From assembly GCA_963847185.1 (NCBI GenBank), contig CAWJYV010000003.1, positions 13,834-77,833 of the forward strand: 64,000 bases of DNA. Reading direction: 5' to 3'. Each line of letters opens with the position of its first letter. Position 1 is the stretch's first letter. This DNA is from an uncultured Methanosarcinaceae archaeon (GTDB lineage: Archaea; Halobacteriota; Methanosarcinia; Methanosarcinales; Methanosarcinaceae). Shown one piece after another: positions 50,500-62,221 of the stretch. The notes below the pieces were generated by a model that made no database searches, was not told the origin of the DNA, and was given only the letters and a program-made list of their open reading frames with translations. Position numbers and translations under genes: made by a program.

Positions 50500-53493
50500 A
50501 TGAGCGGCCACAAAGAGACATGCAATGGTAATTTACCTCAAAGCGCCTCAAGTGAATTCAATTATACAGAACGCCTGCATGAACTTGAAATTGTTAACAA
50601 AGTTTTAATTGAAACTTCTCAAATAGAAGACATTGACAGAATATGTAAATTAATTGGGGAAGCCGTTCATGAATTAAATGAGGGTTGTTGCGTCATTGTA
50701 TTGCTTTATGATAGTGATATAAATTTGATCAGGATAAAGGCAGCGATAGGAATCGAAGGCTTAATAGGAAAGGTTGCTGAGATTACGAGCTGTAATCTTG
50801 ATGATATCTCTTTTAACTTCGAAGATCTGGGAATAACTAGCTGTTTACTTACAAGTGGCAAACTTGAATACTTTCCGGAGGGCCTTTGTGCTCTGCTGGC
50901 AAAAAAAGTGTCCTATGATACCTGTAAAAGGATAGAAAAGGATCTGAACATCGGATCAATTCTGGTTACAGGTCTTTCAAATGAAGATAACAAAATTTTT
51001 GGTAGCATATTTATTCTGGTGCCTGAGGGACAAAAAATCCAAAATGTCTCTTCCACAGAGATTATCACTGCATATGCTTCAAAAAAAATCCAGGCAATCA
51101 GAACAGGAATAGCACTTTTTGAAGCTGAAAATAGATTTGAACTGCTCTTCCAAAAAGCTCCACTGAGCTACCAGTCTCTTGACGAAAACGGGTATCTTAT
51201 TGATGTAAATAATACATGGCTTGAGACCCTCGGATATTCCCGGGAAGAAGTAGCAGGAAAATGTTTTAGAGACTTCCTTACACCGGAATATGCTGAAAAA
51301 TTTGAAAGTAACCTATTCAGATTCAAATTGAAGGGAAAGATACAGGGCGTAGAGTACGAAGCCATAAGGAAAGATGGTAAGAAAATAAGTATTGTTGTTG
51401 ATGGAAAAATAGCATATGACGGGCACGGCAAATTTAAACAAACGCATTGCGTTTTCAAGGACGTCACTGCACAGAGAGAAGCCGAGAAAAAAGCTCTCGA
51501 AAATGAAAAGCTTTTGCGTTCAATGATGAATGCTATTACAGAATCAACTATCCTCTTGAAACCAGACGGTAAAGTTACTTATATCAATGAAACTGCAGCG
51601 AAAAGGCTGAAAACCAAACCGGAAAAATGTGTAGGGAATAGTATATATAACCAACTTCCTGAAGAAATTTCTATCCATAGGAGAAAAATTCTTGATTCTG
51701 TTTTAACTAAAGGAAAACCGTTGAAGTTTGAAGATATACGGGATGGAGTGAATTTTCTCCACAATGTCTATCCTGTTTATGACTCTACTAACCATTTATC
51801 TCACTTTGCTATTTTTTCTGTGGACATAACTGAATACAAAAAATCAGAAAAAAAATTGAAATGGGAACTTGCTGCTGCCAGGACGCTGGCAGGACTGGCA
51901 GATGACCTGATAGATCCAAATAATTTCATCGAGACAACTGCAAATCTTGTCCTGTCAGCCTCTCAAGAGCTGACAGGAAGCGAACATGGATATGTTTCAT
52001 CCATTGACCCCGAGACAGGTGACAACATATGTCATACCATGACCGGGATGATGGAAGATTGCAGCATCCATAAAGATGCTAAAAGAATTGTTTTTCCGAA
52101 AGGACCGGATGGACTGTATCCCAAATTGCACAGCCATGTTTTAAACACAAAAAAGGGCTTTTATACTAATTCTCCGAAAATGCATCCTGGTTCGGAAGGA
52201 ACCCCAGAAGGACACATAGAACTGAATAATTTATTAAGTGTTCCTGCGATTGTCGTAAATGAATTAATGGGACAGATATCGCTTGCAAATTCAAAACATG
52301 GATATTCTGAGCGTGAACTTGAAGCCATGAGAAAGGTTGCCGCACTTTATGCACTCGCACTTCAGCAAAAACGGGCTTCTATGGAGATTCAATACAGAGA
52401 CAATCTTTTGAAATCAATTTTTGAGTCAAAAGTTGACGGTATTATTGTTATTGACAATAAACATAAAATTCTTTTTTCAAACTCCAATCTCGTGAAGATA
52501 TTGGAAATACCTGACTCTTTTTTGAATGCGCAAAGTTATGAAAAGTTACTCGCCTTCGTTCTGGATAAGGTGAAATGTCCTGAAGAATATTTCTTAAAAA
52601 GTCAGGCCCTTTTTAGATCGAATGAAGTTGACGAGTCTTATATCTATTTTAAAGATGGACGGATACTTGAAAGGGTTTCAACACCATTGATAATCAATGG
52701 AATTCTTAAAGGTCGTGTATTGAGTTTCAGGGACGTTACAGAGAAAGTGGAAGCAGAAAAGGCACTCATCAAGGCAAAAATCCATGCAGAGGAAGCTAAT
52801 AGAACAAAAAGTGAATTCCTTGCAACGATGAGTCACGAACTGAGAACACCTCTCAATTCAGTAATAGGTTTTTCTGATATATTGCAAGCTCAGCTATTTG
52901 GGACTCTCAATGAAAGGCAGTTGAAGTATGTGAAAAATATATCCATAAGTGGGAACCACCTTCTTAACCTGATCAATGATATTCTTGATATTTCCAGAAT
53001 TGAATCAGGGGATATTTCTCTATCTTTTGATACCGTCTATATTGCAGATATTTTTGAAGATGTAAAGAATATCGCAATCCCATTCGCTACTTCCAGAAAT
53101 ATATCTCTGGAATTCGTAGCTCGTCCTGATGATCTGAAAATATGTGTGGACAAAACAAAATTCAAGCAAATTCTCCATAATCTTGTGAACAACGCCCTTA
53201 AATTTACTCCAGAAAATGGACATGTAAATATTGATGCCAAAAAGTCAGGGAATATAACAGAAATTTCTGTGATGGATAATGGAATCGGAATTCCGGAAGA
53301 GAAATTGGATGTGATATTTGAGCCTTTTAAACAGGTTGACTCTTCACTGTCCAGAAATTACGGAGGGACCGGATTAGGCTTGATGATAGTCAAAAAATTC
53401 GTTGAAATGCATGGTGGAGAAATAAGTGTTAAAAGTGAATTAACAAAAGGGAGTACCTTTACAATTATACTGCCTATAAAGAAGAACAAATAA
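50500..53493 (+). CDS. Cytoplasmic PAS/GAF sensor histidine kinase
   Basis: Several PAS domains, a GAF domain, MSHELRTPL H-box and N/G1/F/G2 boxes. Confidence 0.95.
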   Translation: MSGHKETCNGNLPQSASSEFNYTERLHELEIVNKVLIETSQIEDIDRICKLIGEAVHELNEGCCVIVLLYDSDINLIRIKAAIGIEGLIGKVAEITSCNLDDISFNFEDLGITSCLLTSGKLEYFPEGLCALLAKKVSYDTCKRIEKDLNIGSILVTGLSNEDNKIFGSIFILVPEGQKIQNVSSTEIITAYASKKIQAIRTGIALFEAENRFELLFQKAPLSYQSLDENGYLIDVNNTWLETLGYSREEVAGKCFRDFLTPEYAEKFESNLFRFKLKGKIQGVEYEAIRKDGKKISIVVDGKIAYDGHGKFKQTHCVFKDVTAQREAEKKALENEKLLRSMMNAITESTILLKPDGKVTYINETAAKRLKTKPEKCVGNSIYNQLPEEISIHRRKILDSVLTKGKPLKFEDIRDGVNFLHNVYPVYDSTNHLSHFAIFSVDITEYKKSEKKLKWELAAARTLAGLADDLIDPNNFIETTANLVLSASQELTGSEHGYVSSIDPETGDNICHTMTGMMEDCSIHKDAKRIVFPKGPDGLYPKLHSHVLNTKKGFYTNSPKMHPGSEGTPEGHIELNNLLSVPAIVVNELMGQISLANSKHGYSERELEAMRKVAALYALALQQKRASMEIQYRDNLLKSIFESKVDGIIVIDNKHKILFSNSNLVKILEIPDSFLNAQSYEKLLAFVLDKVKCPEEYFLKSQALFRSNEVDESYIYFKDGRILERVSTPLIINGILKGRVLSFRDVTEKVEAEKALIKAKIHAEEANRTKSEFLATMSHELRTPLNSVIGFSDILQAQLFGTLNERQLKYVKNISISGNHLLNLINDILDISRIESGDISLSFDTVYIADIFEDVKNIAIPFATSRNISLEFVARPDDLKICVDKTKFKQILHNLVNNALKFTPENGHVNIDAKKSGNITEISVMDNGIGIPEEKLDVIFEPFKQVDSSLSRNYGGTGLGLMIVKKFVEMHGGEISVKSELTKGSTFTIILPIKKNK

Positions 53494-53584
53494 TTTAAAA
53501 AGAAGAAGTAATTGCTCCCCATTAAACATACACTGGATCAAGAAGGTATTGAAGAGTTATTCTGAAAAGAGAGATATGCAAAAA

Positions 53585-54508
53585 TCATTCCTCCTCTGCG
53601 GTCAGTTCATCGTCGTTATCCACTTCGATTTTTATCTCTTCAAGAACTTCTTCTAACTCTCTTTTAATTCCATATTTGCGGAAGAAATGGGTCAGTACAT
53701 TGGAAACATCCCTTTCGAGAATTTCGTCAGCATGGGGATGTTCAAGAGTAATATATTGAGGCCAGTCAATTAACTGGACTTCATCTTCGGAGACAAATAT
53801 ATTGTACTCGCTTAAATCTGCATGGATAATTCCCATTGAATAGGCAATTTTTACCTGTTTTAGAATTTCATTGAGATACCATCCAGGATCAAGAATTTTT
53901 GTTTTTGAGAGAATACTTCCTTTTGCAAGTTCCATGACTATTGCATGCCTGTTCTGATCGAATGGTTTAGGGATTGAGACTTTAGGGTATAGCATATTCA
54001 TAACCTTATACTCTCTCTCGGCAGCAAGCCGGGAGGCGTAAATCCATGAAAAATGTTCCCTTTCACCAAGGTGCTCCCTTACTCTTTTTACCTGCTTGAA
54101 ACTGGTCCTGCCTTCCCTGTGAAATTTGATTATTACAGGAACGGGTTCCCCAATTGCAAGCTCAGGATGCCGGATTGCTTCAAAAATAACAGACTCTTTT
54201 CCAACCCCTACTTCATCTCCTATCGCACCTATGCTTTTTCTCTTGACAAAGGCATTTAGGGCAAGGGCATCGTACCCTTCGAAGTAAATCTGGAAACCTT
54301 CATAAGGCTGGGTGTTTCTGACAACAAGCTTATTCCGGACAAGCTTCTTTAACCTGTATTCCAGTTTATCAGGGGGCAGCTTGGTATATTTATTCAGCTC
54401 CTCTATAGGTACCCATTCAAAATGCTTCATTCCAGTCTCGATGCCAGTGAGGACTCTGAAATCTTTAGAGTCAAGCTCTTTAAAAACCCTTAGCGCTTCA
54501 TCGATCAT
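53585..54508 (-). CDS. rio2: RIO2-type serine/threonine kinase
   Basis: N-terminal wHTH, GVGKES, KFHREGRTSF, HADLSEYN and IDWPQ motifs. Confidence 0.93.
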   Translation of the reverse strand: MIDEALRVFKELDSKDFRVLTGIETGMKHFEWVPIEELNKYTKLPPDKLEYRLKKLVRNKLVVRNTQPYEGFQIYFEGYDALALNAFVKRKSIGAIGDEVGVGKESVIFEAIRHPELAIGEPVPVIIKFHREGRTSFKQVKRVREHLGEREHFSWIYASRLAAEREYKVMNMLYPKVSIPKPFDQNRHAIVMELAKGSILSKTKILDPGWYLNEILKQVKIAYSMGIIHADLSEYNIFVSEDEVQLIDWPQYITLEHPHADEILERDVSNVLTHFFRKYGIKRELEEVLEEIKIEVDNDDELTAEEE

Positions 54509-54742
54509 CTTGCTATTACATATAACCGTCTATATTTAAATAATAGCTCTAAGGATACGGATCTTACTTTCTTTTTCTTGACTCTATCTAAATATATAGT
54601 ATCATTTTTTAAGCAAGAATCGGGAAAAATGAAAAATAAATAGAGCAGAAAAAAGAAATTTATATTATGTGTTAAATATAATAATATAGTCGATGAAATT
54701 TTTGGCGAAATGTATATATACTATCCTACGGTAGTAAGATAC

Positions 54743-54870
54743 CGGTTGCTTACGAGTTAACTTCAAAGCCTCATTTCACACACACGAGAATCGAAACGAT
54801 TACTCAAGAAGGATAGGTTTCATCCCTTCTTCCTGTCCGTTTCTAACCGTTCACTCGTAGGCAACTACCC
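54743..54870 (+). ncRNA. Candidate structured small RNA
   Basis: TATA at 54713-54720; 18-bp closing stem with two G-U pairs on the plus strand; two internal hairpins. Confidence 0.55.
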
Positions 54871-55786
54871 TCTTAATTTTCGTTTCTACAATTTAGGGCG
54901 TCGATTCACTCTTTTCCACTCTCTTGCTTCTTCTTTAATCTTAATAGTGTCACGTAAATCCTCAAGGATTGAATTATTCTACCGACCTTCCGCAGATGTT
55001 CTCAAAAAAATAACATGTTTCTTACTGTCGGTTTTGGAGAATTACTCAAAAATATCCGGTTATTATCTCAACTGAAACTTTGGGAAATAGGATTGAAAGT
55101 ATTCATTGAAAGCAAAAAAAATCGAAAATTGCAGGACATTTCAAAAATACTTTTTTGGATCGCATATACTGTACCAGGAAAACGACAGCAGAAAAATTGT
55201 GAAAATTATAAGGGCATCTGCGGAAAGTGGGCTGGAACAGGAGCTAATTCAAAAAAGTCCATATGGAAGCGTGCTAGACCTTTGGCACCCTACTTATTCT
55301 GTTGAGAGGTACTGAAGCAACATATCAAGTTTTAACATTCCTTTTACACATCCTATCAAGAATATAGAACCTCTTCTTATTCTAAACTTTGAGCAGAGAG
55401 TCCTAATACTAAGATGTATTTTTTGATAGCTCACCATATAAAAAATTTTTAATACTGTATTACTCCTTTTTGATAGGCTCTCATATATGTGATTTCCTTA
55501 ATTCCTTCCGCAACTCAATATAGTCTCAAACAAATGCTTGTGGCATGTTTATAAATATATTCATGAAGTAAGCTTTATACACTTTCAAAACTAATTTACA
55601 AACACTGGTGTTTGTAATGTAAGGGATTTCATGTTCAGAAAATTTGCCCATAAAATTACTACTTTTTTCCAATAACCATTGCAGATACTTGTTAACTTTG
55701 AATGAATCCGTTAAGATGGTTATGTTCTTGAACATATCCAAAAAATAGGATTTAGAACTTTATCTAGCCAGAAAGGAGTCAAAGAT

Positions 55787-58514
55787 ATGAATAAAAATAA
55801 AGGAGTGAGGGCAACATCCCAATTTGTTGGGTTGCTGCTTTGTATAATATTAATTCAGACCGCATGTGCAACAGAAAATCAAAATCGGTTCATTGTGAAT
55901 TTCCCCAATAATTCCACGTTAGAGAATGCAACTATTGATAATTCTACGATGGAAAATGTAACTATTGAAAATCCAATAATCGATGATTCAGGTAACGTTA
56001 CAATAGTTGATTATTCAGACAACGATACTATAATAGATCCGTCCTATTATTATACATATATAGCTGAGGGAAGCAGCACAGAGTTTACTGTGAGTTTCAC
56101 TAACAACGGTGATGAAACCCTTGTTTTAAATCCAAAATTTATAGCTACATCTAATACAAACAACATAAATGAAAGCTGGATTAATATATACCCAGCGAAT
56201 GCAACGGTGACTCCTGGCTCAGTACAGTATTTTACAATTGAAGTAAATGTCCCGTTAGACTCACCAGGCGGATACTATCAAGGCAAAATAGCCTTCACTG
56301 ATGACATTGTGCCTTATACCGAAGGATACGACACTGATATCCAATATGTCAATTCAATGCAGCTCGATATCTGGGTCCAGGCCCAGGAGAAGATACAACT
56401 TCAGACAAGTTATATTTCGGATAGTTTTGAGGCTGGGACCGAAAACGAGTACAGAATAAAGATTAAAAACGTAGCAACAAGAGATATTACAATCAATCCC
56501 ACACTGAATACATACAATGAATATTATAGATATTACGAGCAGGCATTCGGTAGCGATGCAATAGAAATTTCTGCACCTTCAACTATAAAAGCAGGTGAAA
56601 TTGCTAACATGAGTATAAGGGTACATGTTCCTGAAAATGCAACAGGATATTATAACGGGTATATCAACATGAATGTTAATGGGAAAGCTAATGATGGATA
56701 TGTCCCCGGAGTAAACCTCTATTTCAATGTTTGGCAACCTCCAGCTCCTTTCGTGAAAACTTTTTACACCACTACCGATGATCCCATAATGATAGAAGTT
56801 TCAGGCGATATGTATAGATCGGATAATGAATTGCGTGTCTCACAGAAAAAAGATAAACTCCCATTTGAACTAGGAATGACATATAATTCCAATCCTGTTA
56901 ATATGACTTTTGTGAATTCATCTGAAAGTGGCAGCGCCGATGTTCAAGAAAACTATAACTACCCAATATGGGCAAATGGGAACAAAAAAATTTATCAGAA
57001 TGTCCGAGATCACTATACAGCAACCTACATCGTACCCGGAGCAATAGGGGAGTGGGACCTTTCTATTCTTCCAAAAGGTGCGAATAGTTTCCAATACTCA
57101 ATAAAGATAGCAAATGATAACCTGGAAAAAACATGGAATGTAACTAGCGAGAATTTAGTACCTGGAAATTCATCTACAGGAAACGCAACTGATGAGAATA
57201 CATCTACCCCAATGGATGTACCGGAATCGGAAGTACTTATTGCAGATTTCAGTACCAATGTATCAAGTGGTTACGCTCCTCTTACTGTGCAGTTTACAGA
57301 TAATAGTGCATTAAATGAGCTTCAAAGCTCCATACCACCTATATTATCTGGCGAAGGGCAGAACAATATTGCTGATGAACCAGCAAATATCATATCAGAT
57401 AGTCAGGAAACCAGTGGAGACGACTACTTATACGGCACTGCAAATGTTGAAAGTATACAGGTTATGATACTGGAATCTTTTCCTGTACAAGTACAGGTAG
57501 TATCAGAAGGTTACCTTCCTGACGGCTGCACTGAAATTGACGAAATAACTACTGAAAGAGAAGGAAATACCTTCAATATTAAAATTAGTACAAAGAGCCC
57601 GAAGGATGCAATGTGTACACAGGCAATTGTGCCTTTCAGTAAAACTATACCTCTTGAAGTCCAGGGACTTAAAGCTGGAAACTATACTGTGAACGTGAAT
57701 GGTGTAACGGGATCTTTCGAGCTTGCAGTTGATAACACATTAGAAGAGTCTTCCAGTGCTATACCGCCAAGACAACAGGTAATAACCGAAGCTGACAACG
57801 GAACAAGCATAAGTCTCAAAAAAGGAGAGAATTTTACCCTTAAGCTCAGGGAAAACCCTACCACAGGCTATTCTTGGGAACTTTATCTGAGTGAGGGGCT
57901 TAGCATTATAAGCGATGAATATACTCAGGATCCAGCTCCTGAAGGTATGTGTTGGGGTTCCTGGAACTCATTCATGGATAATCGAAGCCGTAGCGCCAGG
58001 TAACCAGCAGGTAAACGGCATATATAAGAGGCCATGGGAGAGTACAACCGGCACGGAAGATAACTTCACGCTTAATGTCATTAGTATTTCTCCGAATACA
58101 ATATCAAGAATCTGGGACTTTGGTGACGGAACAAATTCAACCGAGCAAAATCCAACGCATACATATTATGAAGCAGGAAATTATCTCGTCAGCCTCATTG
58201 TTAGTAACGAAAACGGAATTGCTACAAAAATAGCTACAATAGATGTTCTAGAACAAACATTACCTCCTGTAGCAAACTTCAGCAGTAATGTTACTAGCGG
58301 TTACGCTCCCTTATCCGTGCAATTTACGGATATATCAGAAAATGCAACAGAATGGAACTGGGACTTTGGCGATAAAACCTATTCAACAGCGAGGGACCCA
58401 GTGCACACATATAATAAAAATGGAAAATATACAGTAAACTTGACGGTAAATAATGAAAACGGAATGGACACAGAAAAAAGACCTAAATATATCTCAGTGT
58501 CCAAAAGAAAATGA
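55787..58514 (+). pseudogene. Cell-surface protein (Ig-like, PKD and chagasin/I42 inhibitor domains) split by a frameshift near 57947-57952
   Basis: LRENPTTGYSW continues as VGVPGTHSW..YKRPWE in the other frame; PKD WDFGDG motifs. Confidence 0.85.
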
Positions 58515-58920
58515 GTTTATTAAAAAAATAAGAAAGGAGAGTTCAAATGAGTACTCTCTTCATTTCTTCTTTTTTATGAATTATTTAGCTCGTCCAAAAT
58601 CAGCTAACGATAGCAATATTACAGTAACCTTTCCTCAGACTCCGGAACGATATTCTCTGCCGATTTGTATAAACCTGGGAAAAGTAAATTCAAAAAAAGT
58701 CCATAAGGCCGCGCACTAGGTATTTTAGTATCCTCTACGTCTGTTTAGAGGTACTGCATGTGATACAAGATGCTTTTAAGGTTCTAAAAACAAAAGGACA
58801 GGAACATAAACTTTAAATACAGTTAAAATATTTTGCTATTTCTAGATAGCTTATTATATAGAGAACTGCCGGGACAGAGCCACAACTTAAGTGGATACTA
58901 ATCTTACTAACGTAAAAGTA

Positions 58921-58953
58921 AGCTGACCCGGGCTTAAAACCCGGATTTCAGCT
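58921..58953 (-). terminator. Hairpin downstream of mtmB
   Basis: AGCTGA.CCGGG..CCCGG..TCAGCT inverted repeat. Confidence 0.5.
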
Positions 58954-58963
58954 ATCTTTTATT

Positions 58964-60340
58964 TTAGAATACAAGTCCGAGGTCTTCGAGCTTCTTTCTT
59001 GCCCCATCGTAGACCTGCATGTATTCGTCAGTTGGGGTCACTGTCTTTACGTCGTAGCATTCCTGGAAGGTCTTTCCTGCGGGTGCGTTTGCGTAATTCT
59101 TCTCGTAGAGAGCTACGAGTTTGTCAAGGATTACGTTAATCTCTGCAATATCGACACCGGCAGTTGCTCTTGCAACTTCTCCCATCATCCTGGCTTCCAT
59201 ACCAGTTGTCTTGTCAGTTACGACGCCTTTTGCTGACGCGACACCTGAGAGGATTTCTCTTCCTGATGCAGTGTCAGTAATGGACTGGGCTGAAGCTTCA
59301 AGGAGACACATCTCAGTACACGGGCCTGCACATGGGTAGTACTGGTTTCCTGAGAGAATATCTGTAAACTCGGAAATTGTTGCACATGCCCATCCTGCGA
59401 TTATCAGGGTTTCCCTGGTGTTGGTTGACCCCCAGCGGATGTGGACAGGGCCGTCAAGGTGCCAGCTAGCGCTGCTCATGACAACAGAGTTAATGTGGGT
59501 TGCAATGTCAACGATTGTGGTCTCTTCAATTCCGCCTGCATACCCTCCGAAAATCGGCATCTGTTCATCCATTATAATGTCGCTGTTTCCTTTGTAGTGA
59601 GCAATAACAGCGATTGCATCAAGGTCGATCTTGAGTTCATTGAGTTGAGAGACCTCGTGGCTGTCCGTTGAAGCCATTCCGCCGGCGCAGTCAGCGGAAA
59701 TGTTTCCCTGAGCAGACAGGGAAGTCTCTGGGCCCTATATGCCCATGCCTGGGCGGCCTGCCATTGCGCATGCCTGCTTAATCAGGCGGGTTTCTGTCTT
59801 TGCGGCAAGAACTTCATAAGGACTGCCTGGAATAGGAGGCTTTCCACGAACAGAAGTCATGACCCCATCTACGATTGTGTCAACTTCCTTTTCTAGAGCA
59901 TAGCTCATGTGAACAGGCATGAACACATCTTCGGAAATCGGAGAGCCAGTAGGGCCGCCCTGGACGATGGGCTTTCTCCTGTCTCCAACGCTTCTCTTCC
60001 TTACGTTTACTGCTTCTCTGCCTGTACCGAGGGTAAATTCTTTCTGGACATTGTTGATTGCGTCCCAGATTTCAGCTTCAGTGTACTTTACGATCCTGTG
60101 TGTGTCGGTACAGTAAATACCGCAGTCAAGGAGCATCTCGAAGCCTGCATTGAAGAGTTTTTCCATCATATCCCTGTCCGTAGGAATAAACTCTCCTTTG
60201 AAGTCAAGCCCGTACTTATGCTTGAGCTCCATTGCCTTCATTGGGATCTTCATAAGGTCCCAGTCATCCTGGGTGCATTTTTCTCCTACTTTTGCTCTGT
60301 CGTAGAAGTCATAGCAGTCAACTGATTTCCTAAAAGTCAT
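58964..60340 (-). CDS. mtmB: Monomethylamine:corrinoid methyltransferase, 458 aa, pyrrolysine at in-frame TAG (59735-59737, codon 202)
   Basis: The two track ORFs are one frame: AGRPGMGI-TAG-GPETSLS. Confidence 0.97.
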
Positions 60341-60360
60341 CGTATTTTGCCTCCTCAGGA

Positions 60361-61014
60361 TTATTTCATAACATCGAGTGCAACTTTTGCAGCTTCTGCA
60401 GCATTTTCTGCAGTTGCGTCAGCTCCGATTTCTGCAATCCATTTGTCGGATACCGGAGCTCCTCCGAACATGCACTTTACGCTGTCCCTGAGGTTTTCTT
60501 CCCTGAGCCTGTCCATAAGATCTTTCTGGCCGAGCATGGAAGTGGTCATGAGGGCAGAACCTACCAGGAGAATCTTTTCTCCCTTGTGCTTTGCGGCTTC
60601 TTCAACAACGGTTTCGTTAAGGACGTCAACTCCAAGGTCAAGGATCTGGAAACCGTTTGCTCCGAGCATGGTAGTAACAAGCCTGTGCCCAATATCGTGA
60701 ATATCTCCTTCTGCAACAAAAGTGATCGCAAGCCCAGTTTCATCTCCTTCTTTCCTGTTCTTCGCAAGTTCAGGAGTGAGGACTTCCATTGCATTGCTCA
60801 TTGCCTTTCCAGACATCATGATTTGAGGCAGAAATATTTCGGCAGCTTCGAATTTGTCACCGATAATCTTCATTCCAACGGAAAGACCTTTTGTAATAAT
60901 GTCAATTGCTGGAATTCCTGCGTCCAGAGCCTCCCTGGCTAACTGCGCAGTGCCTGCAACGTTCTGGTTTACTATCGCGTCGCGTAGTTTATCAAAAATT
61001 TCTGTGTTTGTCAT
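60361..61014 (-). CDS. mtmC: Monomethylamine corrinoid protein
   Basis: EGDIHDIGH B12 motif, GSALMTTS and FGGAP; directly upstream of mtmB. Confidence 0.95.
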   Translation of the reverse strand: MTNTEIFDKLRDAIVNQNVAGTAQLAREALDAGIPAIDIITKGLSVGMKIIGDKFEAAEIFLPQIMMSGKAMSNAMEVLTPELAKNRKEGDETGLAITFVAEGDIHDIGHRLVTTMLGANGFQILDLGVDVLNETVVEEAAKHKGEKILLVGSALMTTSMLGQKDLMDRLREENLRDSVKCMFGGAPVSDKWIAEIGADATAENAAEAAKVALDVMK

Positions 61015-61633
61015 CCCATCATCACTTCTTTCTGTTTTATTGCTGCTGGCCAGATTAGGAGTCTCCTTTCACATCGCCGGTCAACGGAATCTCATTACCT
61101 CCTGCATATATATAAATATTTTCAGTGAAGTTATCAAATATATATAATTATTGCCTGAGTAATGCGAGCTATAAAATTCGACTATATATATTATTTGGAA
61201 GTAAGGTCTCAGATAAACTGCAAAAAAATTTAAAAGATGAAAATTATATTGCAAAGAAAAAAGTTTTAGACCTTACCTCACCTGAAAAAAAGAAGGAAAA
61301 AAATGAATGCTGAAACATTGAGTAAGAAACCAAAAATACTTGCCGCCAGTCCTGCCTTTGCAATAGTGTCCTGACCTTCTTTCAAACAGGATCTGGCCAG
61401 GATAATTCCAATAAGAGAAAAGGGTATTGAAAAAGATGTAAGAAGAATATTCCCTAGCCCAAACCAGAAAGAAAGAGAAAAAAGGACACTTATCGACCCA
61501 AATAGAAGGCTTAAAAACCCTTTAAATGAAGAAAAACTGTTAATGTTACTTCCTCCAATCTTAAAATTCTGTTGTACTAATTAGCACGATGAACTAATAT
61601 TTTCGAAAAGAGATTAAAACTAATAACTTAAGG

Positions 61634-61984
61634 TTATTCGATTCTTACTCCTATCTTCTCGCCTTCAGTTTTACATTCGTATCTTTCCATTTTCAGCGAA
61701 TCATTAATGCATTCTCCTGTTCTCACATCAAACTTTCTTCCATGACATATACATGTGAGAATAAAATTCTCCAGTCGCCCTCGGTCCATAGGGCAGCGGG
61801 CATGGGGACAAAAATTTGACAAAGCATTTATCTGCCCCTCAGTTTTGACCAGAAGAATATCCTTATTCCTTACTTGAACACGCAGGAGTTTTCCCTCTTT
61901 TAAACTATTTTCCTCAACTGCATAATACCACGGAGGTTCAAAACCAAAAACAGAGCTTACTTGAGAGATTTCTTCAGACGACAT
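61634..61984 (-). CDS. Rieske [2Fe-2S] ferredoxin
   Basis: CPHARC..CICHG.KFD..TG motifs. Confidence 0.9.
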   Translation of the reverse strand: MSSEEISQVSSVFGFEPPWYYAVEENSLKEGKLLRVQVRNKDILLVKTEGQINALSNFCPHARCPMDRGRLENFILTCICHGRKFDVRTGECINDSLKMERYECKTEGEKIGVRIE

Positions 61985-62221
61985 GTTCCAATCACCAGAG
62001 CCTGAACTTTAAGTTTGCCAGCTACTTAATTAAGAATAGGTTGATACTCGGTATAAGATTTTCTAAATTTAGAAAAAAGGAAGAGAGAAGAGAGAAAAGA
62101 AGGAAAAAGAATATCAGAATGAAATCAATGAAAAAATGAGTAAGGTAAAGAATTGAAGAGAAAGAAGAAAAATAAGGAAGGTATAATCTCTTTTTAAACA
62201 AGCAAAATTAGGTTTAATTTT

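Noticed and set aside
55015-55482. Overlapping short ORFs and a degenerate GATAGGCTCTC end, possibly a transposase remnant
   Set aside because: No catalytic motif or paired TIR can be supported by eye.
61080-61103. GGAGGT + four-codon uORF (MRFR*) upstream of mtmC
   Set aside because: It lies immediately after the TATA box, so it is probably upstream of or overlapping the transcription start and not translated.
62060-62185. Purine-rich low-complexity tract
   Set aside because: Ordinary T-rich terminator region on the minus strand after the oxidoreductase gene.
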